Below, piece by piece: positions 37,601 through 43,568 of a DNA stretch of 64,000 bases (position 1 is its first letter; each line of letters opens with the position of its first letter). A model generated the notes under the pieces. The model was given only the letters and a program-made list of their open reading frames with translations. It ran no database searches and was not told where the DNA came from. This stretch comes from an uncultured Candidatus Saccharibacteria bacterium (GTDB lineage: Bacteria > Patescibacteriota > Doudnabacteria > UBA920): the NCBI GenBank assembly GCA_964504715.1, contig CAZDEP010000002.1, positions 21,434-85,433 of the forward strand, in the 5' to 3' direction. The position numbers were made by a program, and so were the translations under genes.

Positions 37601-39179
37601 GCGTGGTGCCGTTTATATTTTCGGTAATGGAAAAATATTGGTTTACGTTAGTGCTGTTGTCCCTGGTGAACCTCGCTACTTCGTTGCTATTTCCCACAAC
37701 ATGCAAAACCGAAACGGGACCACTCGTCCCAATACCAACATTGCCCGAACTGTAATAAATGCTTCCGTTCGTGGAAGTGGACCAGGTGGCGCCGGCTACG
37801 GAAATATTTGCCCAGGAAAGCTGGCCTGAGCCGTTGGTAACTAACACTTGGTTAGCCGAGCCATCCCCTCCCGGCCAAGCGTAAGCTATGCCGCCTAAAG
37901 TGGTCGTGGCAAAAGAAACCGTGCCGGTAAAGTTAGCGGCACCGGAAACATTTATTTGGTCGCTGACATTCAAAACATTTATTTGTGTCTTATCCGAAGA
38001 AAAATAAGTAAAAGAACCTATGGTGCCGTTGCCCGTGCCCCCGGGGTTGCTCGTATTCACATAGCCCAAACTCCATCCCCCGCCCTGAAGCGAAGAGCTC
38101 CCCGACGCCCCCTGCGCCCCCGTTTCGCCCCTTTCCCCTTTTTCACCCTTTTCCCCCTTGAATTTCCCTTCTGCCAAATATTGCTTTAAGCGCTCGTCCA
38201 CCAATTGACTTAAGGTGTTCGTGTCCACCGGGGCGATTGTTTCTCCCAACACCCTCCCGGAAATTTTGAGGGTTTTTTTCGGCAATTCCTTTAAGGAAAT
38301 TTTGGGAATGTAAATAGTCTCAACGATTTCCGGAGCTTGGAATTCGCTTCCGCCGAAGAACGGGGATTCCGACCAACGCGGCTTTTGCATTTGCAAAGCC
38401 AGCGCGTAAATTTTGCCTGCAGTTTTTTGGGCCTCGTCTAGGGCTGCGCGCTTAATTTGCAAAGGCGCGGATTTTATAACCTCGCCAAAGCCTTGTTTAA
38501 TTTCGGCCCAGCCCAAACGCGAAGGAAGGTTTTTTACTTTTTCCCACGCAAAAAGCCTTAGCTGCCTGCCGGCATTTGGTGCGGAAATTTTAGGGTCATT
38601 TGCGAAGGAAGGTTTTTTAAAAATAAAGGTATAAAATATTTTTTCTCCCGCGGCTTTCCCTTCTTTGCCAAAAAGGCTGCCGGAATAATCAGCGCGGGGT
38701 GCAACAATTGTCTTACCCAAAACTTTTGGCTGCCGGTTTTCCGCAACAAGCCTGGATGGCCCGTTTTGGTCGTGCGAAGCCAAAACCAGATTGGCTTTGC
38801 TTATTGCCGCGGTTTCATTTTTTGTTGACTGCTTATACCACAGGGTGGAAAAAACTATGCCGAAAATCAAAACCAAATGCGCGGCGGTTATGGCAAACCA
38901 CATGGGCCAGCGCGAGCTAAGTATACCGTAAGTTTTTCGCTTGCTTACCGAATCTACATTTTTTTTAGGCAAAGCTCCGCAGGCGCGGCACGATTCCATT
39001 GCCCTTAGCAGGTGCGCAAGACCTTCCACTTGGGGCAAATGGCTTTTAGGTATTGGCCGCGCAGGAATCATCTCCCGCAAAGAAACCGGTGGCACCCTGA
39101 CAGGCACAATAAACTTCAGTCCGGGCGGCATGTGGCGGCCGGGCCTGCCATATTTCAAAATCAAAAGCAGCCTTTTCAT
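31617..39179 (-). CDS. Giant (2520-aa) membrane-anchored fibre protein with collagen-like triplets, tail-fibre-like repeats and a Peptidase_S74 intramolecular chaperone domain
   Basis: Single uninterrupted ORF. N-terminal TM (WPMWFAITAAHLVLIFGIVFSTLWY). GEKGEKGERGETGAQGASG collagen-like stretch (nt ~38100..38160). YAWPGGDGSANQVLVTNGSGQLSW phage-fibre-like motif. About 19 repeats with core (S/T)GNVGIGTTSPxxxLHV. ASDRNLKENF...WNYKREDASITHLGPTAQDFYASFGL...VALVGIKALDEKINSLQ (S74 chaperone, nt ~32290..32560), then about 225 aa with a P/E/T-rich tail. The true start codon is uncertain (MPPGL, MESCRAC and MWFAI are alternatives). Confidence 0.9.
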   Translation of the reverse strand: MKRLLLILKYGRPGRHMPPGLKFIVPVRVPPVSLREMIPARPIPKSHLPQVEGLAHLLRAMESCRACGALPKKNVDSVSKRKTYGILSSRWPMWFAITAAHLVLIFGIVFSTLWYKQSTKNETAAISKANLVLASHDQNGPSRLVAENRQPKVLGKTIVAPRADYSGSLFGKEGKAAGEKIFYTFIFKKPSFANDPKISAPNAGRQLRLFAWEKVKNLPSRLGWAEIKQGFGEVIKSAPLQIKRAALDEAQKTAGKIYALALQMQKPRWSESPFFGGSEFQAPEIVETIYIPKISLKELPKKTLKISGRVLGETIAPVDTNTLSQLVDERLKQYLAEGKFKGEKGEKGERGETGAQGASGSSSLQGGGWSLGYVNTSNPGGTGNGTIGSFTYFSSDKTQINVLNVSDQINVSGAANFTGTVSFATTTLGGIAYAWPGGDGSANQVLVTNGSGQLSWANISVAGATWSTSTNGSIYYSSGNVGIGTSGPVSVLHVVGNSNEVARFTRDNSTNVNQYFSITENINGTTLLANSATSNQKPLIINVANSGGGVSAGTMYTDFQIGGTSVMTLKGSNVGIGTTSPIALFNVTASTTTDTIPVFINNIGSAGGAGMLISRSSNTRAAQIQFGLGSIPEWYLGELRNNGNAVGGLSIGQGSNTAAFTPALFLSNTYNKVGINTSSPSVSLSVVASSTVDILDIASSSGASYLRVTSAGNVGIGTTSPLDALHVYKASNGNVTGLILDNDGGASSGTGQAVRFRYSATGANLGGIYNVYDGTNWYLRFKTWTGSAEQERLTIQGNTGNIGIGTTAPSGLLHIYGTQATAYIDYSSTNGFFGLKHAGVDKGLVGLAGGANNLSLGSVQDDLVIRSASGNILFSTNAGAATQMYIKNDGNVGIGTTSPSQLLTVGNNNQFTVSSAGDINGLTATIGTNSVLPVIVSCPGCTSGSGNPAGTYTYAGRYNNYNYYKLVGGNWYLWNNGDPSWRITPVLGNLSVEWYSGIIAGQIPPYTSSWSTYGGTSGTLTTSAGSSTQLVVDSSGNLVTGGTISVGTGNSYLLGNVGIGTTSPLAKLDVYGNLNVATSSTSVLFANTGTSRVGIGTSTPGDTLHIVTTSAFAGLTVQSTNDVGVNIKSQAGNGAELKFTTQGLHLFARANSSNLFIGNSGGTVEMIGINGSVSSPNSVVIGRQGAAQTIGNGTLLVYDGTAATGVTTLNIQEGAGQGATSTLSILANNGTTTRLTVLGTSGNVGIGTGTPLASLHVQGSGSSNMFTISSSTGAHVLTVFPSGNIGIGAVGTGNGLAPNSKLYITYADGSSNSVTNGLTLNNIAGQPGNFVGMRLGLYSGNDTSQKQFIGAVQATNGSGGTGDIVFLTITNGGSAYQQVAAADEKMRITNYGNVGIGTTSPQTALHVASSGSTTLRIDGGATSLPQIQFTQGSNLRGYLFYDNTYGLMTLNRTGNSGSGLVVNASDNVGIGTSSPIAKLDVYGNLNVATSSTSTFYVNTATGKTSINALLLPTLAGGGMQCLRVDNSGNVITAGIDCGASGGSLAGGVKGYVATWASSTGLTVGTLIDNGTVSGVNATSSTVSFLVQGTGTLNPFQVNSSTGTSLLTVTPSGNVGIGTTAPNYLQENYLSANGWGMVVTRASGASVGLYVDTTGGYLQTTGPKTLGLGANGGSAITILNGNNKIGFNNSSPTYTVDIKGSGTIDPFNVASSSGTSLMVITNQGNVGIGTTDPAKILDIQAPTADTQIKSTTSTNYVISRWINGNNQLQIGLDRSTGGIFGTGSLPYAAAINVWQNYPLQFGTNSVMRMTIEGGGNVGIGTTSPSALLHVGGGSVRGTFIVEGSTADIPYIQLKDGKAGGKTWTMYSGLNNAGDFALYDNSAAATPFTVKQSTGNVGIGTTSPATLLHMEGASAQLRIATNNDSSPRMSFYSGSGNVSDRNWMIADGLTTRGALEFKVGSASGVAPATDVMSILSNGNVGIGTTGPSHKLHVAGTGSTDSYYGLARFSPSAAGGESEIGFFDDVAGTDTNDAWVIGQGGWSNTGDFIIGNENNGAGGNVRLLIEKSGNVGIGTTSPATTLDVNGTTTMRGALLFGTDNTWDIGASGANRPRNLYLSNALSVSSITAAATVGFGGGRGGAGAGIANGADASVYATAGKSLELWADATAGRGIEILTGTGNVGVGTTTPTLGPLTMASGAYVTAGGTWTNASDRNLKENFASVTPASILEKIVNLPIAKWNYKREDASITHLGPTAQDFYASFGLGGSDTAISTIDPSGVALVGIKALDEKINSLQQTVSNLQNTGSDVDPQAPIVFKTQVYLSQDSVGQAKILAGSKRVKVTFTKPYEYQPIVTATPLDFVSGAYRIASTTAEGFTIELKYVQDEDVTFNFHAFASPEAKLTVSDGQVLGITLTLPFTESGTNQPAEVTPSAGEGVGQEESAPSQPAEAALTPATEASVVPDVQTEPAPESEIVVPESQTTPEEITPEPSMPPAEQPTNDIAPQDPVPSGESGLGAASVGVE
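34702..35991. repeat. Intragenic near-identical direct repeats inside the giant gene (for example a 47-bp copy at 34702..34748 and 35934..35991, plus ~17 copies of the ggactcgtcgtcccaatgccaacgttgcc motif)
   Basis: Seen directly: gatgttgatgatgtagcaacatttaagtttccatacacatccaact occurs twice; the GNVGIGTT-encoding 30-mer recurs with 80-100% identity through 32970..37750. Confidence 0.8.
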
Positions 39180-39427
39180 ACAGCCCCCTTTCCAAAAGCC
39201 TGGAGGCTCCTGAGCATTTTTTGGTGCTTTATGGCTTGCTTCTTTACGTATTCTTTAACGGCCGTTTCGGTGGTCAGCCAGTCGCGCGAAATTTTTACGG
39301 CTTTTAGCTTGCCTTTTCTTGCCAGCAAACTCAAATACTCCGCGCTGTAAGGTGTGGCTTGCGCGGCTTCGGAAATTGAAATTAAATTGCCCGAGGCAAA
39401 AAATAGCCTCTTCTCTTCTTCGGACAT
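39176..39427 (-). CDS. small excisionase/MerR-type HTH DNA-binding protein (83 aa), overlapping the giant-gene ORF by 4 nt
   Basis: LISISEAAQATPYSAEYLSLLARKGKLKAVKISRDWLTTETAVKEYVKK resembles the excisionase-family HTH (HTH_17-like). Confidence 0.5.
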   Translation of the reverse strand: MSEEEKRLFFASGNLISISEAAQATPYSAEYLSLLARKGKLKAVKISRDWLTTETAVKEYVKKQAIKHQKMLRSLQAFGKGAV

Positions 39428-39688
39428 TAAATTGTGGTTTTTTTGTTTGTTTCAAACCAAAGATGCCGGATTTTGGGCATTTTTGATTGTTTCACCGAGC
39501 CTCTATAGGCTATCCGATACTTTTCTACTTATATCTTAGCACAATTTTTGAGTTTTGTCTAGAGGTAAGAGCACTTTTTTATTTTTCCTTTTTATAAAAA
39601 TAAAATTTTAGACTTCTTTAATAAATTCATTAAAATATTCATTAAAATTTTTATTTGTTTCCCTGCCATAAAATGTTAAAATAGCTTT

Positions 39689-40564
39689 ATGCCTACCATT
39701 TGCTTCGGCCAACAGCCCAACGGCTTTTTCCCCAAAAACTTTTTTGTCGCTAAAATTCTAACAGCCCAAAAACTCCAAAAAGATTTGGGCGGCAAGATAG
39801 CGTTTTTTTACCATGACTCCGACGCCGACTACCGCGAAACCGTAACTGTCTTAAAAGACAAAGCCACGGGCTCGGAAGTACGCCTGAACTTTTTTCAGGA
39901 AAATAAAATCCAAAAAAATTTTTCGCCGCTGTATGCAAAAAGGATAGTCCCCTCCCCCACAGCGGAAGGGAAAGGAGTGGAAGGCTGGAAAGAAGAAATT
40001 TTAAAACAGCTACCGAGGTTTATTCACCCTCCCCTAACCCCTCCCCTCAAGGGAGGGGAAACTACTGCATCCCCCTCTGCTTTAAGCGAAGGACAAGGCT
40101 TGGACTTGATTGATATTTTTAAATCCGTAGATGCCAATACCGTCGCGGATTTCTGCCTGGAGATATACAAAAAAATGGGCTTGCTGGAAGGAGTGGAAAT
40201 TTACCGATCTTCCGACAAAAATTTCCGGCTCAACGCTTTAGATTTAAGCCAGGAATACTTTGCCGACATTCTTTACCAAAACGAAGCTGTCCGGGCAAAA
40301 AAAACTTCTAACGGCTTTCAGCTCCACAAAGGCGGCGGGCAATTTATAGACCTGCCCGAAGAGCCCGTGGAAAAAACCCAAAAGACCCCCGCTGCCAAAG
40401 AACGCTTTGCCTGGATGAACAGCGTCATAAACTGCACCCACTATATTTACGGCGAAGGCGAAGCGCAGTATATGGACTTTAAGGAACATCCTAAGGTACA
40501 ATTCATTCAGCGCGATATAATTGATAACCCGACCCTCGCTTGGTTATCTACCCTTAATTCATAA
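39689..40564 (+). CDS. hypothetical protein (291 aa) upstream of the bshB-like gene, carrying an in-frame palindromic element
   Basis: MPTICFGQQPNGFFP...; insert HPPLTPPLKGGETTASPSA is encoded by element F. Confidence 0.45.
   Translation: MPTICFGQQPNGFFPKNFFVAKILTAQKLQKDLGGKIAFFYHDSDADYRETVTVLKDKATGSEVRLNFFQENKIQKNFSPLYAKRIVPSPTAEGKGVEGWKEEILKQLPRFIHPPLTPPLKGGETTASPSALSEGQGLDLIDIFKSVDANTVADFCLEIYKKMGLLEGVEIYRSSDKNFRLNALDLSQEYFADILYQNEAVRAKKTSNGFQLHKGGGQFIDLPEEPVEKTQKTPAAKERFAWMNSVINCTHYIYGEGEAQYMDFKEHPKVQFIQRDIIDNPTLAWLSTLNS
40023..40077. repeat. Family-1 palindromic element (copy F), in-frame in hypothetical CDS
   Basis: caccctcccctaacccctcccctcaagggaggggaaactactgcatccccctc. Confidence 0.8.
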
Positions 40565-40578
40565 TTCATACTTCTATG
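40552..40578. repeat. Family-2 repeat at a gene junction (stop of 39689..40564 / start of the bshB-like gene)
   Basis: ccttaattcataattcatacttctatg. Confidence 0.55.
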
Positions 40579-41268
40579 AAGATACTTGCAATCGGCGCCC
40601 ATCCGGACGACATTGAATTCGGAGTCGGCGGGCTAATTATTAAAGAAGCCGAAAAAGGTTCGGAGATTTTGTATGCCATAGGCTCGCTGGGCGAAGCCGG
40701 AACTTCGGGCACGCCCGAAGAACGCCGGCAGGAAGCCGAAGATGCCGCCAAGATAGTCGGGGCAAAAGTGGAATTTTTGGATTTGGGAGGCGACTGCCAC
40801 ATGACCGACTCCCCTGCCAATGCCATAAAGATTGCCGAAGTCATCCGCCGCTTTAAGCCGGAAGTTGTCCTCGCGCCTTCCCAAACAGAAAACCAGCACC
40901 CGGACCACAAAGTTATTTCCGACCTGGCCCGCGTCGCCTGCCGCCTGGCCAGATACGGCGGCTTAACGGAAGTAAAGCATTTGCCTGTGCATAAAATTAA
41001 CGGCCTCTACTTCTACCCTTCCGGCGCGGAATGGGACAAGCGTCCGGACATAATAATAGACATGAGCGGCGTTTACGAAAAGTGGGAGCAGGCCATGTCC
41101 GCCCACAAAAGCCAAATGAAAACCCGGGAGTACTTAAACCTAGTGGGCAGCAAGGCCGCGGCTTTGGGCGCCTCGGTGGGCGTAAAATACGCCATTGGCC
41201 TCTGGACCAACGACCCCATACGCTTAAATAATTTGTCAGATATCACACTGTCTTCCAGAAACTATTAA
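40576..41268 (+). CDS. PIG-L/LmbE-family N-acetylglucosaminyl deacetylase (BshB-like)
   Basis: MKILAIGAHPDDIEFGVGG...HPDH metal-binding motifs. Confidence 0.75.
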   Translation: MKILAIGAHPDDIEFGVGGLIIKEAEKGSEILYAIGSLGEAGTSGTPEERRQEAEDAAKIVGAKVEFLDLGGDCHMTDSPANAIKIAEVIRRFKPEVVLAPSQTENQHPDHKVISDLARVACRLARYGGLTEVKHLPVHKINGLYFYPSGAEWDKRPDIIIDMSGVYEKWEQAMSAHKSQMKTREYLNLVGSKAAALGASVGVKYAIGLWTNDPIRLNNLSDITLSSRNY

Positions 41269-41306
41269 GATCACAAATGCACAAATAAAAAAAATCACAC
41301 AAATCT

Positions 41307-41675
41307 ATGGGAGAAAATACCGGCGATCATACCAAAGAAATTATCGGGGCTATATTCCGTGTTTATAATATACTGGGATATGGGTACAGGGAGAAGGAAT
41401 ACCAAAAGGCCCTCGCCGAAGAACTGTCCAAGCTCGGTCTTAGATTCCAAAGAGAACTTTATAGCTATTTAAAGTATGGGGAAAAAATCATTACAAAATT
41501 TTATGTTGATTTCCTGGTTGAAAACTGTGTGGTAGTAGAATTAAAAATCGCTGACGGTATTTACAGAAAACACTTCCAACAGCTGCTCGCCTATTTAAAA
41601 AATCATAATCTTAAAGTTGGTTTATTGGCTGTGTTTACGGCTGATCGTGTAATTATCAAACGCATAGTAAATTAA
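41307..41675 (+). CDS. GxxExxY-family protein (PD-(D/E)xK nuclease-like)
   Basis: GENTGDHTKEIIGAIFRVYNILGYGYREKEYQKALAEEL... matches the GxxExxY pattern; flanked by cacaaatgcacaaata (left, 41270..41306) and tttgtgtatttgt (right, 41676..41711, inverted). Confidence 0.7.
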   Translation: MGENTGDHTKEIIGAIFRVYNILGYGYREKEYQKALAEELSKLGLRFQRELYSYLKYGEKIITKFYVDFLVENCVVVELKIADGIYRKHFQQLLAYLKNHNLKVGLLAVFTADRVIIKRIVN

Positions 41676-41711
41676 TTTGCGCAATTAGTGTAATTTGTGT
41701 ATTTGTAATCT

Positions 41712-42833
41712 ATGAATATTGGAATCGTTTGCTATCCTTCAATCGGTGGAAGCGGGATTTTAGCCACCAACCTTGGTTTGGAACTTGCCAAACTCGGACA
41801 TAAGGTTCATTTTATTTCCTACGAAAGGCCGTTTCATTTGAGCACCGGCAACAAAAACGTTTTTTTCCATCGGGTGAACATAAACACCTACGGGCTTTTT
41901 AAATACCCCGACTACACCCTGCCTCTTGCCGTAACCATAGGCAATGTCCATGAGATTTACGGACTCGACGTACTTCACGTGCATTACGCCGTCCCCCATG
42001 CCACGGCCGCGCTTTTGGCCGAGGAAATGATAAAACAGTGCGACAACTTCCCTCCGCCCAAAATAATTACCACCCTTCATGGGACGGACATTACCCTGCT
42101 TGCGCGGGATAAAAACCTGACCGAGGTGATAAAGTATTCCATAGAAAAATCCGACCGGGTAACGGCGGTTTCCAAATACCTGGGAAAACAAACGCGCCGC
42201 TTTTTAAAAACAAAAAACCCAATTGAAATAATTTATAACTTTTATTCGCCCGGCCCGGTTACCAAAAGCCGCACCGCGGTAAGGAAGGCTTTGGGTGTAG
42301 CGCCTAACGATTTTCTGGCGGTGCATCTTTCCAACCTCAGGCCGGTAAAACGCATACCCGACCTGCTTAAGACGGCTTTTTTGGTGCGCGACCGCCGGTT
42401 TAAGCTGCTGATTATGGCCGGCGGCGATTTTACCCCTTACCTTCCCCTGCTCAAAAAATACCGGCTGGAAAAAACCGTAATCGTAAAAAAAGGCGAAAGC
42501 GGAGTGGAAAATTATTTGAACGCCGCGGACATGGGGCTTTACGCTTCGGAGGAAGAAAGCTTCGGCTTGGGAATACTCGAAAGTATGGCCTTTCAAAAGC
42601 CCGTGGTGGCTACGCGGGCAGGCGGCATACCCGAAGTCGTGGAAAATAAAAAAACCGGCTTGCTCGCGCCGGTGGGAGATGCCAAAGCCATGGCCCAATA
42701 CATTAAAATTTTAATGCAAGATAAAGATTTAAGTGAAAAAATGGGAGCAGCGGGCAAAACCAGGGCGGAAAAACTTTTTTCGGCGGGTAAAATTGTACAG
42801 GAGTACTTAAAGATTTATCAAAGAACGCCTTAA
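41712..42833 (+). CDS. GT4 glycosyltransferase, BshA-like (N-acetyl-alpha-D-glucosaminyl L-malate synthase family)
   Basis: MNIGIVCYPSIGGSGILATNLGLELAKLGHKVHFIS...HVHYAVPHA...TLHGTDIT...EESFGLGILESMAFQKPVVATRAGGIPEVV follows the BshA/MshA-type GT4 pattern. Confidence 0.75.
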   Translation: MNIGIVCYPSIGGSGILATNLGLELAKLGHKVHFISYERPFHLSTGNKNVFFHRVNINTYGLFKYPDYTLPLAVTIGNVHEIYGLDVLHVHYAVPHATAALLAEEMIKQCDNFPPPKIITTLHGTDITLLARDKNLTEVIKYSIEKSDRVTAVSKYLGKQTRRFLKTKNPIEIIYNFYSPGPVTKSRTAVRKALGVAPNDFLAVHLSNLRPVKRIPDLLKTAFLVRDRRFKLLIMAGGDFTPYLPLLKKYRLEKTVIVKKGESGVENYLNAADMGLYASEEESFGLGILESMAFQKPVVATRAGGIPEVVENKKTGLLAPVGDAKAMAQYIKILMQDKDLSEKMGAAGKTRAEKLFSAGKIVQEYLKIYQRTP

Positions 42834-43568
42834 TCAGGGCGTTTTTTTATTTTCCACTATTTCCCCCGCTTTAATTTCTATTTTATCCGCAATCCTCAAA
42901 TTGCGGATTTGTTTTGGATTTAAGATCCGGAAGTGTTTTATTTCGTCCAGGTAATCGGGTATGTAAAAAAGGTTTTGCGATGAAATCCGCCAGTTAACAT
43001 CCTCCTTCGCCTTCCCCATGGCGGAAAGGGAAACTTCCAATTCCCCTCCCTTGAGGGGAGGGGTTAGGGAAGGGTGATGGTCAAAATACCCCAAATCAAA
43101 CGGTCTTGAGTATTCGCGCAAAGTTTTTCGGCCCTTGGAGTCGAAATATTCGTGGAAATAAGACATGGCCAATTCCCGCACAGACTTGTAAACCGGTTCG
43201 CGGTACCTTAAAACCGCGTGGTTGGTTTTGCTAATCGCACCCCAATGCCCAAACTGTTTGAACACGGCAACCACATGGTCGAAGTCATGCTCCTCTGACC
43301 TTAAGTCCAAAACCAAAGGGCGGTGGCCGTGAAATTCCAAAATTGCCGCGGCCAGCATGGCGCCTTCCATGCAGTGCGCGGATTTATTTTTTATTGCCGA
43401 ACGCGGACTGAAACACGTGTTCCCTTTTTCTTCAAAATTAAATTTTAGACCATTCAAATAGCTTTGAATATCTTTTGGCGAATTGAGCCTCTTAAACAAC
43501 CCCAATTCATATGAATTGTAGCCTTTTTTATATTCAAGGTTTCTCATATGCGCCAATATCCGTACCAC
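42834..43568 (-). CDS. transglutaminase-like / papain-fold cysteine peptidase superfamily protein
   Basis: SAHCMEGAMLAAAILEFHGHRP...HDFDHVVAVF (Cys...His...Asp spacing); in-frame insert HHPSLTPPLKGGELEVSLSA from element G. Confidence 0.45.
   Translation of the reverse strand: MVRILAHMRNLEYKKGYNSYELGLFKRLNSPKDIQSYLNGLKFNFEEKGNTCFSPRSAIKNKSAHCMEGAMLAAAILEFHGHRPLVLDLRSEEHDFDHVVAVFKQFGHWGAISKTNHAVLRYREPVYKSVRELAMSYFHEYFDSKGRKTLREYSRPFDLGYFDHHPSLTPPLKGGELEVSLSAMGKAKEDVNWRISSQNLFYIPDYLDEIKHFRILNPKQIRNLRIADKIEIKAGEIVENKKTP
43028..43083. repeat. Family-1 palindromic element (copy G; reverse orientation of F), in-frame in transglutaminase-like CDS
   Basis: aaacttccaattcccctcccttgaggggaggggttagggaagggtgat; its reverse complement shares ccctaacccctcccctcaagggagggga with F. 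Confidence 0.8.

Noticed and set aside
32970-37750. Regularly spaced near-identical ~30-bp repeats - considered as a CRISPR array
   Set aside because: The repeats are in-frame coding repeats (GNVGIGTTSP modules) inside one ORF, spacing is irregular (250-480 bp), and no cas genes are present.
31744-39213. Dozens of plus-strand ORFs (60-237 aa) opposite the giant gene
   Set aside because: They lie antisense to an uninterrupted 2520-aa ORF with strong domain evidence. Their repetitive G/V/P-rich translations are mirror products of the coding repeats.
31617-39427. Prophage interpretation of the tail-fibre-like giant gene + excisionase-like HTH
   Set aside because: No capsid, portal, terminase, tail tube/sheath or integrase genes flank it within 8 kb on either side. 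Neighbours are tRNA-His and a ferric-reductase-like gene on one side, and a hypothetical protein plus the bshB-like gene on the other. A cellular tail-fibre-like adhesin is more parsimonious, though a phage origin of the domains is likely.
41269-41711. The cacaaat/atttgtg motifs around the first GxxExxY gene read purely as promoter elements
   Set aside because: Not fully rejected. The same motifs occur upstream of xerC as an inverted pair with no intervening gene, which fits an inverted-repeat element better than a promoter. Promoter function cannot be excluded without TSS data.
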